A stretch of DNA of 64,000 bases, taken from contig JAAOMT010000372.1 in NCBI GenBank assembly GCA_016748015.1, positions 682,001 through 746,000 of the forward strand, written 5' to 3'. Numbering within the stretch: position 1 is the first letter of the stretch; every line of letters starts with the position of its first letter. The notes below the pieces were generated by a model. The model saw nothing but the letters and a program-made list of their open reading frames with translations. It searched no databases and was not told the DNA's origin. The stretch comes from Geosiphon pyriformis uo1 (taxonomy: Eukaryota > Fungi > Glomeromycota). Positions 13,229-24,455 of this stretch are shown here, piece by piece. The position numbers and the translations under genes were made by a program.

Positions 13229-14613
13229 ATGAATCCCGAAAACTACAACAATCTTAAACAATATTTAGAGACATTAACAATTCCAACAGATTGGTCCCCA
13301 AATAAAAAACATTGGTTACAACAACAAGCCAAACAATATTTCTTACACAATAACATGATTTATTATTGAAACTTCAGAAACTCAGACAATCTGCTCAGAT
13401 TAATACAAGAACATGAAAAAAAACCATTTTATATAACATGTATTCAGACTTTTCATCAACACACCTAAGAAAAAACAGCACCACCCAGAAAACACTAGAA
13501 TATTACTTTTGGCCTCGAATGAGAAAAGACATTCATGAATACATTAAGTCTTATGATAGTTGTCAAAGAAGAGAAGGAACTCGCCCTACAGAATCTTTAA
13601 ACCCAATCAAAGTTGAACAGCCTTTTAACTGAGTTGGTATTGATTTAGTCGGACCACTATCTATTACAAACCAAGAAAACCATTATATTGCAGTAGCTGT
13701 AGACTATCTTACCAAATGGCTTGAAGCCAGAGCTATTCAACGAGCAGATGCAAAATCAGTAGCAAACTTTATCTATGAAGACATCATTTGTAGACATGGA
13801 TGCCCAATAAAACTTTTATCTAATCAAGGAACACATTTCGTGAACAATTTAATCCAGGAAATTTGTGAACAATTTAATGTCAAGAGACCATTATCTTTGC
13901 CCTATTATCTACAAACAAATGGACTTGTAGAATGTTTCAACAGAACATTGTGTGAATCATTAGCCAAAGTCTCAACTGATTTTAAGCAAAAATGGGATTT
14001 CTTTATTCCATCAGTATTATTAGCATATAGAACACTAAAACAAGATACCACAAAACACACATCATTTGATTTAATCTACGGAAGGACAGCAACATTACCA
14101 ATTAGTTTCATAATAGAAACATATCCAGTACAACCAATTAATAAAGACAACTTTCAGGAAACACTACAACGAAGAGTCTACACTCTGCTTAGCACATTGA
14201 AAGAAAAACAACGAATAGCAGCCACCTATATTAAACACTCCCAAGCTCGACAAAAAGAATGGCATGATGACAAATTGCCTCCAGTTACCAATAAATTTAA
14301 AATTGGAAACAAAGTTCTTTTACACAGAACTAAAGCTAAAAAACAATAGAGTGGAAAATTTGAAAACAAATAGGATAGACCATTTTTTATCCATGAAGTC
14401 CTAGACAATGAATCATATAAGCTAAGACTTGATGACAAAATCTTAGCAAAAGTTGCACATAGAGATCGTTTGAAACACTATAATTCCAGAAACAATCCTA
14501 AACTATTGATTCCACAAATTGGTACACATTCCCCTTTAATCAATCCCGAAGATATTCTCCGAAATTTAGAACCAATAGTTGTCATTGAACAACCTCCCAA
14601 CTTGAACACTTAA
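13229..14613 (+). pseudogene. Gypsy A integrase, encoded as a separate ORF with its own ATG
   Basis: Starts MNPENYNNLKQYL. Degenerate HHCC, GIDLVGP, LSNQGTHF, QTNGLVE.FNRTL and a GPY/F-like module. No chromodomain seen. Confidence 0.85.
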
Positions 14614-14735
14614 TTTAAATTTATTATTATAATTATCTTCTTATAATTTAGAAACAATCTCACAAAAACAAAACAAAAACAACATAAAAATCCATACACC
14701 AAAAATAATTTTCTTTTATTTTCAAATCTCTTATA

Positions 14736-15473
14736 ATGACTATTCCTCAAAACATTTAACAATTATCTCAAAAACTAATGTTAGCTTTAAAAACAATATC
14801 CGAATTATCTATTACTGTTACTGGAAACCACATTAATTATACTAAAACAGAAGTAGTTACAAATTCAGCCCCAAATTCACGAAAATATTACCTGTATAAG
14901 AAGAACACAAGAAATTATTTTGGAATTTACCTGCCAGAACTTTTAAAACTTGCTTTAAGAGAAAACTTAATGCTTATTCTAATTAGTATTCCACCAAATG
15001 CTACAATTCAACAAAGATTTCAACTGTGTCTCAATAAGGAAAGCACTGAATACTCTCCAATTTATAGATATTTCCACATTGGAAAAACGCTCTACGAACA
15101 AAAACTGGAACTTACAACAGCAAACCTCACAAAAAAAGCTATTCAGAAACAACTCTACAATGAATTCAAGACAACAGCTGGACCAACAAATAGTTGCTAC
15201 AAGCTCAGAGCTGCTCTTAGACTTTATGACCTATTCCACACTTGTGAAAACATCCTACAAAACCCAATTTTACAACCCTTGAAGATTCAATACATTGGAA
15301 AGCTCACAGAACTGAAATTTCAACAATTTTCAGACCAAATTTCTTCAATAATTTGGATTATTATCTGGAAATTACAGACAGTACTTGGACTTCAATCGAG
15401 CTCAGTCTTGAGGAGGAGGTTATGTTACCAGATGAAATTAGAAATATTATTTAGCATGAAATTATCTTTATAA
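14736..15473 (+). CDS. Gypsy A accessory ORF3 of unknown function (env position, overlaps PPT and U3)
   Basis: 231-aa ORF 14778-15473 with an in-frame upstream ATG at 14736 separated by one CAA>TAA. Homologous remnants occur in elements C and B. Confidence 0.7.
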
Positions 15474-16404
15474 TTCTTATCATTAATTAGCATATATTAT
15501 CATTTCAAATTATCACTTATTACATTAGCAAAATGTCTGAAATTATCATTTAATTAATAACCCAAATTGTACATAACACAAATGTAACTTAATTGTGATG
15601 ATCAATCATATAATACCCCAAAATATGTAACATTTAAAAGTTCACCAAAATTTGTAGAAATTCACCAAAATAATTGATAGTTCACCAAAATATCTAATAG
15701 TTCACAGAAATAACTTGTAGTTCACCGAAATGTATCTTTAGTTCAGTGAAATTATAGAAAAGAGCAAAGTTTAAGTTCATAGAATAGTGTTATGACAAGT
15801 TGTATAAAAGAAGAGCTTTTCTTTTTGAGAAAATGTATCTTACTTTAGATTTATCAATTAGAATCATCTCTTACACACAAAAACAAAATAAATATCAAAT
15901 AATTCGAAAAATCAAAATCCTTAGTTATTTCCCTTTTGAAATTAACCAATTCCTACTAAATAGTTTGAAATTGATTAGCTACCAATTTCAGTAAACTGTT
16001 AAAACACTTCCAGGTCTGGATCCAAAATGACTTTAACAAATCAATTCCTCATTTTTTTTTTTTTTTCTTTTTTTTTTTTTTTTTCTTATCATAATTATTA
16101 GGGTAGCCTACAGACAAAAATTCCTGTAAAAAAGTTGACTTTTACAGCAAAGTAACTACACATTTTTGTGAGCTTCCAAACGAGCAATTCCTGGGAAAGA
16201 GTTGACATTTACTACAATGTAACTACATAAAGTAACTGGCATAGAATTGGCCATTCCACTTATAAGCCTAGCAGTTCAAATTATAAAAGATAATTTGAAG
16301 ATAAATTCAGTTATCGGAGATTCAAACACTTTCCATAGTCATGAATTAACAGCATTACAACAAACATACAAGAGCTAAGAAGAGACCAAAAACCTCCGGT
16401 AACA
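15423..16404 (+). repeat. 3' LTR of Gypsy A
   Basis: TGTTACCAG...CCGGTAACA, preceded by the PPT. Confidence 0.95.
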
Positions 16405-17657
16405 GTACTGAACATTTAAAGTTTGGCATCCAGATGGTAGTATTCACTCAGGCTTTTCTAGCTCTGTCTCTGCAGTGCTCAAGTCTTATTTTATAAAGGC
16501 CCTATACTATTGTCTACCTACTGCTAAGAAGAAGAAAATATATAAGTCGAGTTATTCTAGCATTTTGTGCATCCACTGTGGTCTTACCGATGATTTCAAT
16601 CATGCGTTTTTATGTAAAAAAGATTCTGATGCCAAGAAGAAATTGATTTCTAATATGGTTAGTAATTGGGCTGATGTACTGGGTGCTGGCTACGCTGGGT
16701 GCTCTGTGATTCAATCCCTGTGATTGGCTGAATTGTCCAACTGCTTGTATATGGCTTTGGCCAAGGGTTTTGTAATAGAAGATTGGGTGAATAAAACCAT
16801 GAGTGTGTTGAGTTCTGGATTCAATGGAGATTTGTTGATTATCAATATGGTTCATGACTTTGTTAAAGGCCACAGATCTGCTATCTGGGTGCTGAATACT
16901 AGACTGAAGGCGTATTATGAAAAGCATGGCCTTTTGCCAAGGGATGGGTCTTCAACACCTGCCATTTCTGGATTGGCTTCTCAGTGGTCTCATAGAAAGA
17001 TTTGCAATTTTGGTGTCAAATTGGGTATTCATATGTGTTTTGGCTTATATTCTGGGTTGGTGAATATGCATTTTGGTTTTCTACATAACTTTTCTGTTGT
17101 GGGTAATTTAGGTGTGTAGTGTTGCTTTAATTGGTCTGAGTGGCTGGTTATGTGTAAAAAGAGCATAAGCCATGCTTAATTTAGGGTTCTGTTTGATCTT
17201 ATGTATTTAGATAGTGGTTGGGCTGTACTTATTAATTAATAAAAAAAAAAAAATTGAAAATAATAAATTTAATTGATTAAATCTTTAAATATATTAATAC
17301 ATTATATTTTTTGCTGTGATTCAATAATAATCCATTAATATATAACATCAAAGGATGTGAATCATGTTCTTTCTACACATAACCAGCACTATCTGTAGTA
17401 ATTTTTTTAAATTTATAAAACACATATGTTTCATCCATATATTACTTGTAAAACAATTTAAATTGAGTGTTTGCAAATTTTAATGTTTTATTTAATGTTA
17501 TATCTGTACTAATTTTCTTAATAGTTTTACTTTGGATGTTTATAAAGTTATTAATTAATTAAAAGTATTATTATAAATATACAATATTTAATTTAGTGTT
17601 TATTAAAGAATTTCTTTTAAATATTTTTTATTTTATTAACAAATATTATTTATGTTA

Positions 17658-17658
<1 letters not shown>

Positions 17659-17709
<51 letters not shown>
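17659..17709. repeat. (TTA)n microsatellite
   Basis: About 17 perfect TTA units. Confidence 0.95.
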
Positions 17710-17710
<1 letters not shown>

Positions 17711-18544
17711 ACTTGAAATTTGTTTAATTATAACAAAACTGTTTTTTACTCTTGTATTAAGCATTATTAATTTAATAAATTTTTTAAAATATTTAATTTA
17801 ACTAAAACCAAATCTTAAATTTGGTTTAAAAAAAATTATATTTAAATTAAATTTGTTTACAATAAAATAAAACACAACAGATTAAACAAAAATTTAAACA
17901 TAAAAACTAAAACAAAAAATTGTTTTTTTTTGTTTTTAATATTTAATAAATAAAGTTTAAACATTATCTAGTAAAATACATCAAGCTAAATAATTTAAAC
18001 TAGATGTAAATTATACTTTTTCTATATATAACCAATTACTTAGGCTAATCAAAACAACATTATGTGTCTATATACACAAAAACCAAATTACTTTTACTTG
18101 AAAAAAGACAAAGTTTATGTATATTAAAGTTAATACTAAAAGTTTTAACAATTCCAAACAACTTAGCTGTATTATCAGAAAGCATTAATATATAATCACT
18201 AATAAAAAAAAGCACTAAGCTATTCTGAAAAATCAAATTATTTTTTTTTATAAAAAAACAATATTTAAAATAAACCAATCAAATATTTTCTTTGTATATT
18301 ATATCAAAACCATAAACAAAATCCACAATTTTGCTTATAATTAACTTAGTATTTTTAAAAACAAATAAAATTTTTAGGTACCAATTTTTAAACACAAAAC
18401 TTTTATCTAAAACTATATATATTATATTATTAAAAGTACATAAAAACAACAATTAAGAAACACAAAATATTAATATGTATAAGTTTGTCAAAATTTTTTA
18501 TACAATAATATGTAATTTTAACAATTTTTAATAAATATTTATGT

Positions 18545-19437
18545 TGTTATTCATAGAAAAAAACATACAAGAAAATAGTAGAAAAAACAGATAGACCAAT
18601 AAAAAATAGTAGTTAATATGTAAGTATATTATTTAGTAATATAGAGCATTATCAGAAAATCATGGCACATTACTCAGCAATGTTAGAAAATTAGAACACA
18701 TTGTTCAGCAATGTGAGCATTGCTCAAGAAATTATAGCACATCACTTAAAAATGTAAATGATTTCATAATATTCAAATTATGTATATATAGCAAGAGCAT
18801 TAAAAGTAGAAAAAACAGAATCTCCAGCTAAAATTAATACCAAGATCTCAGTTAAAAACATCTTAATTAGAATCATCCATATTAATAAATAATTATTTAC
18901 TATCTAAATTACTTTCTCTATTATCAACACTTTATGTTAATAGTATTTACTACTTGATCACACTAGAACAATAGTTTTTGATTATGATTATTGACAGGAT
19001 ATTAATTTTTTTTGCCTTGGCTTATTTTTTTATCTCTTTATTTCTTTTATTTTTTCTTTATTTTACTTTTTTGTTATGTTATTAACTGATTAAAAAAATT
19101 AAGCACTAAGTTATTGATGTCAAAAATAGTCTGGTAAAAGACCTATAAAACAAGGGTAAAAAACTTGAAAATTGAGAATAGCTTACCAAAAGGGCACAAC
19201 TGCCAAAATAAACCAGTCACTATGTTGAAAAAAAAATTTGATAGAATTGCAATTCCAGAAGACTATTAAAACAACTATTGAATCTCTGTCTATTATACAA
19301 AAAACTTAACCAAAATCTTCAAATATCAACACTTTTAGAGACCAAAATCTTTAAATATTAACAGTTATATCAGCTATTAAAGCACCAAGTTATGAGTTTG
19401 TTATTTAATTTAAGACTTCAAATAATTACTTGTAACA
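18545..19437 (+). mobile_element. Solo LTR E (related to the family C LTRs)
   Basis: TGTTAT...GTAACA ends, perfect TSD ATGT/ATGT, and the 3' half is similar to 28428-29226. Confidence 0.85.
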
Positions 19438-20929
19438 ATGTCCATATTACAAAAAAATAAGTAATTAAAAAGCTTAATCTTATTACAATAAAAACACAAT
19501 ACATTATAATAAAGCTTATTATATAAATATTTACAAATAACTACAAATAACTAGTAATATTGTTATAAATTGAAATAACAAATTAACAAATAGCAAAAAA
19601 AAACAAGATTGTAAAATGATAAAATTAATTAAAGAAAATTTGACTTTAAGAAACAAATTAAATAAGTATAAATTCAATATATAGAATTAATCTTATAAAA
19701 TATCTTAGTTACTAATTTTTTCAAAAAATAACTAAAAAATTTGAAAGTAAAAAAATAATTTATACTGTCAACAAATAATAACATATTAATATAATTTTAT
19801 GTTTTATAATAGTACTTTTAAAATTTAATATTAGATATTAAATGTATTTTTTAATTATATTTTATTTAATTCTCTTTAAATATTACAATTATATATAACA
19901 AAAAAGGAAAATAAGCAATAAAAAAAAATTGAATTAATAGATATTGTTTATTTTTTTGATTTTTTATATATGTTTTTACATATTTTTCTATAACTAAAAA
20001 ACTTATTGCTTATATAGTTATTAAAAATAATCAATAATTAAGTTAATAATCAAGTTAATAATTAAGTCATTGATTAGGTCAATAATTATTATCTAAAAAT
20101 AAGATGACTAATTATATGATATTAATAACTAATATATATAATAATTAATAAAAACTATAGTTTTTAATTATAATATTATTCTTTTTAAAAAAATTAAGCT
20201 CTAGTGAAATCAAATTATTTATAAAATATTCTAACTAAAAAGTTTTGTTTAACTCAAAACTAACTAGTTTTTTGAAGTTTTTTGTGAATAAAATATATAG
20301 TATCTAAAGTAAAATAAGTTTTATATTTAAAAAACCAAATCTTTATATAAAAGTTTTAACTTTTTTGGCAATAGTCAAAACTTTAAAAATATTTAGCTAT
20401 ATAATATCTAAAATTTTTACTTGTATCTTAAAAGTTGTTTTCTTTATGAGCTTTATGTCTTTTATAATTTTACTAAGTCAATTATAGAGCTTTAATTGTT
20501 TTCTATATAACTGATTTTTGTTTATAGACAAGATTTTTTCAATCATTTTTTTAAGTGTATTAAAAGGTAATAATATAATTGTGATTATGCTTTTAAGCAT
20601 ATATTTATCTATTTTATTACCAATTTTTTTTTCTTCTAATAGTAGTTTTTTTGGTTTAATAACAATATATATTCTACTATTATTAGTTATAGTAGTTTGT
20701 TTTTTAATAATTAGGATAATCTTTAGATAATTTTTAGTTTAATACTTATAAAAAGTATAGAAAGCATTTTAAATATTTTAATTCAAGAAATAATTATTTA
20801 TATTAATTAAAAATATCTCTGTTTTAAAAATAGTGCATTTATTTATATTTAATTTTTATTAATTGTTTGGACTGATATTATTATAACAAGTAACCAATTA
20901 GATTGTTTGTAATATTTTTTAAATTCTAT

Positions 20930-23900
20930 TTTTTTTTTTAAATTTACGAGTGAGATCCAAATACTGCCTAGTGCTATACATCAAAGAAATGATCTATACT
21001 AGGTATGAATTGTGCATTTCTACCATAACCAGCCACTTGGGCCGATCAGAACAACACTATGCAGCTATGTAGACAGAAACCGAATTGCCTAGACCTGAAA
21101 AAAACAAATAAGACTTGCGAAAGCCAAAATGTACACCAAAGGCCTCAGTAATGCCAAGCAATTTAACAACACCAGCAAACAGCCTTGAAGCCAAACCAGA
21201 AACTGAAACAAAAGCCAAACCATCAAGAGAAATCAAACCGTTCTTCTCTATATAAGTGCAATGTTTAGCACGAACCAACCAAATTTCATTCCTAAAGATG
21301 AGACAAAGAAAGTGCACAAATTTGACAACCTCCGAGCCAGTGGCCTTGGAATCCTAAAAAACAGAAACAGTTTTGCAAAACCAACCATCAAAAACAAAGT
21401 CTTTGTACAGAGCCATGAACAAAGTAGAATTAGAAACACATGATATCAATAGCTGTAACACATCAGATACCAAATAAGAAAGGCCAGAAATTGTCTTCCA
21501 AGAATCCACATGGAAGTTCAGCAATTGACGTCAAGCAAACTCATCAACTTCACATGAAAACACATGGTCCAACACCTCCACATTACCGCAATACAAGCAC
21601 AATACACTAGAGTAAAGTCTATTATAAAGACACTTCTAGATGGCAACTGGCAACTGATGATGTAACACTTTCAAAAAGTAAAAACGAGCATTAGCTGAGG
21701 GCTTGCTAGTAAAACTGGTAGCCATGTGCAAATCAGGGTGCCATACCAGCGAAGAACAGAGCCAATCAATCTCAGAAATCAGATCATGAGCTAGAAACTT
21801 AGAACCAGACTCCACCTCCCAGTGTGCTTGACAAACAGAGTGAAAAACATCACAGACAAAATGTCTGGAGTTACCAGAAATAGTATCACCATTAGTGACC
21901 AAAAAATGTTCACTCAAACAGTAAGAAAAAAACCAATTAGAAAGAGAAGTAGAACATGCAATTTTGTTAGCTTGCTCATTACTTAAGACACCCAAGTGGC
22001 CTTTCATCTTATGCCAACCAACTCTCAAGTTTTTACCATAAATAAGATTAGCAACATGATAATGCTCCACCCAACACTGATTACGGAAATCAGGACACAC
22101 TAGATCCAATTCTGACTTACAAGCATCCAAAACACACTGACCGTCTGAGAATAATTGCACAGAACTAGATGGGAGAATACACTTCAAGGCCAACACAATA
22201 GCTTGCAACTTCACCAAAGTGGAAGACTTCAAGCCTGGCATCCCGACACTTACACCCAAGTCAATGTTCTCAAAAAAAACAGCAGCACCAGCTCTACAGT
22301 CAACCATACCAAGATTACTCAAGGATCCATTAATGTAAATAGACAGATCACCAAAACCAACCCGGGAAAGACAATCACAAACAGACACAAAAGTACCAGA
22401 CTTCAAAATACTCAAGAAACCAGCATCATTTACAACTAATAAATGAACAAAGAAGAGGGCAGTGCCATTCAGAAATTCAACAAAAAGCTTAAACCATTCA
22501 GGAACAGGGCCATGTGGGTCCAATTTCTTCCAATGCTTGAAAGTATACCAATTAAAAACATTGCTGTGGCAATCACGAAGTTGATTCACAAAAGCAACAC
22601 CATACCACCAGAGAGAAGAGAAAAACTTGAAGAAGGTTGAATTACTCAGAACAGCAGACATAAGCACCCCACTGCGAAAACAAAAAGAATCAGCCAAAGA
22701 GCCACTCAAAGACAGACTGCAATCAGCCAGAATATGAACCAAGTCTGCTAGAAAGTTATTAGAAGCACTGACATGAATACAAACAGGAAAGTTCAAGAGA
22801 TAGACAGGATACCAATACCAAACTTGTAAGTCATGAGATCTATAAGCAAACAAATAACCCAAAATCTCACCAGAGTTCACAAAATTTATGAGAGAGACAA
22901 CTTTATCCTCTGACTGAATTTGGACAAATGACTTTAAACCATAAAAAGAAGGGTAGTGAATTGTGTCACAAGGAAAATCGGACAGAAGACCAGACTTAAG
23001 CTTCAAGCCCTTATGAATAAGAGCATCACACTTGTGGCATACACCAACAGGAACAAAACTGAACTGCATTCTGTAGCTGACTATAGAATGGAGAACTGCT
23101 AACACCAAGTACAAGAATTGCTTATCCAAGACAGTCTTCTTCAGAACCAGATTGGTAAAAAAATAGACGTCCATATGTGCCTTGGCCACACTAGGCCTCA
23201 AAAAACTCTCAGTCAATAAAAAAATACCCAGATATCAATGAGGTTCACCCTTTTTCACAATAGAAATAGGCAAACTATTAATAGAAAGAGATGGATTGCT
23301 GACCCTGCTGTTGATGGAAATAGCCACTGTTTTATCATTATTGATTGAAATGTCATTGACTCAAAAAAACTCACTAGTAATATTGAGAATATGCTGAGTG
23401 GCAGTCTGACTGCTATCAACCCAAATTGTGTCATCAACAAAAGCTCCAGCAGCAAAAAAGGAAGAAAGCCCAGTCCGAGACTCAGCACAACCATTCCTGA
23501 AAATAAAATGAGAGTTCAATCTTTACCCACATATACTCTCTTGATGCTTAACTTCACATAACAGAGGGTCATAAAATATACGCCACAGCAGAAAAAAAAA
23601 GACCTTTCCCTGGTTCAAGCCATCATGTACACGATAACTATTACTTAGTCCAAAATTAATCATAACCCGATTGGTATGATCCCTATAGATATCTCTGAAG
23701 AACTGAATGAATTTGCCACACATTTTTATTCTGACCAAACTTTTCCTGAAATGTTCTCAGCCAACTGAATCATAAGCCTTCCACATGTCTTGCAGAATTA
23801 GCCAGAACTCCTGATCTTTTTCTAGTATATCTTCAATAACTAAGCCAATAGCAAAAATAGGCGATTGTGTCATCGTGCCTTTTAAAACTGAAAAATTATC

Positions 23901-24206
23901 CCCATGCAGAACATCATGAGCACTGCATGCCAAAGAGATTCTGTCAGAAAGGATTTTGAAAAAAATCTTGCAGGCTGTCTCAATCAGGGCAATAGATTGG
24001 GTATTCATAAGAATATCTTCCCACTCGTACAGTTTAGGAATCATCAAGACCCAGGCTTTCTTCCAAGCACTGGGCACTGACTTATGGGTCAAGCAAGTAT
24101 TCAAGAGCTCCAAGAGTAGGCCCAAAACCACCTTGTCACAATACTTCCAAAGCTCATTTGGAATGCCAGAAAGATCTGCAGTCTTACCATTGGGGAGATC
24201 AGAATA
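20930..24206 (-). mobile_element. 5'-truncated LINE (LINE-2): RT, RNase H, zinc knuckle, 3' UTR, poly(A)
   Basis: ORF pieces QDMWKAYDSVG, INGSL..GAAVFF, WHKMKGHLGVLSNEQAN. Poly(T) at 20929-20939. TSD AAATTCTAT at 20921-20929 and 24207-24215. Confidence 0.92.
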
Positions 24207-24455
24207 AAATTCTATATTATAAACAAAATGATTATTAAAAATTGTTTTATATTAATTTTATAAGATATAAAAACTATTGTTTAAAACTTTATTGACTATA
24301 AAAAGCTTTTTTTATTAGCTAAAGAATTTATTATTATAAACATTGTTTTTGTTTGAATAATATTTTAAAACTAAGTTACCAATACTTAAAAAAAGTGTTT
24401 TATAAGTTTTTTTTTAAACTTTTCTTGAAACTGTTTTATTTTTTCAAAAACAATT

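Larger units (their letters stand above)
9007..16404 (+). mobile_element. Ty3/Gypsy LTR retrotransposon, family A (internally deleted, degenerate)
   Basis: 5' LTR 9007-10041 and 3' LTR 15423-16404 with TGTTA...TAA(C/T)A ends. PBS-like TTTAGTGCTCTCCC at 10042; PPT GAGGAGGAGG at 15410-15419. TSD GCGC/GTAC. Domain order RT-RH-IN. Confidence 0.95.
3942..17119 (+). pseudogene. LINE ORF2: APE endonuclease, reverse transcriptase, RNase H and C-terminal zinc knuckle; segments 3942-7409, 8494-9006, 16405-17119
   Basis: APE motifs MELVWRFATCNVRGIN, ITETK, GRDFN, IDFIFV. RT motifs DIKKAYDSV, GLDQ..FSPLL, FVDD. RNase H motifs HTDGS...KLQAIALAL...WVKVKSHSGIIGN. Knuckle CIHCGLTDDFNHAFLC. Confidence 0.9.
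2003..17253 (+). mobile_element. Full-length degenerate LINE (LINE-1 here): ORF1 plus ORF2 (APE-RT-RNaseH-CCHC), interrupted by a solo LTR and a Gypsy element
   Basis: 5' oligo(A) at 1999-2013, ORF1, ORF2, a ~120-nt 3' UTR and poly(A) at 17241-17253. A possible imperfect TSD is AATT(T)GAAAA. The ORF2 frame is restored when both LTR insertions plus one copy of each 4-bp TSD are removed. Confidence 0.9.

Noticed and set aside
14778-15473. ORF3 as a retroviral-type envelope
   Set aside because: It is too short and shows no signal peptide, furin site or convincing TM helix. The hydrophobic tail is probably a frameshift artefact.
17131-17150. LINE 3' UTR motif TGGTCTGAGTGG as a tRNA D-arm or Pol III A-box
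   Set aside because: The spacing is off, and there is no B-box or cloverleaf downstream.
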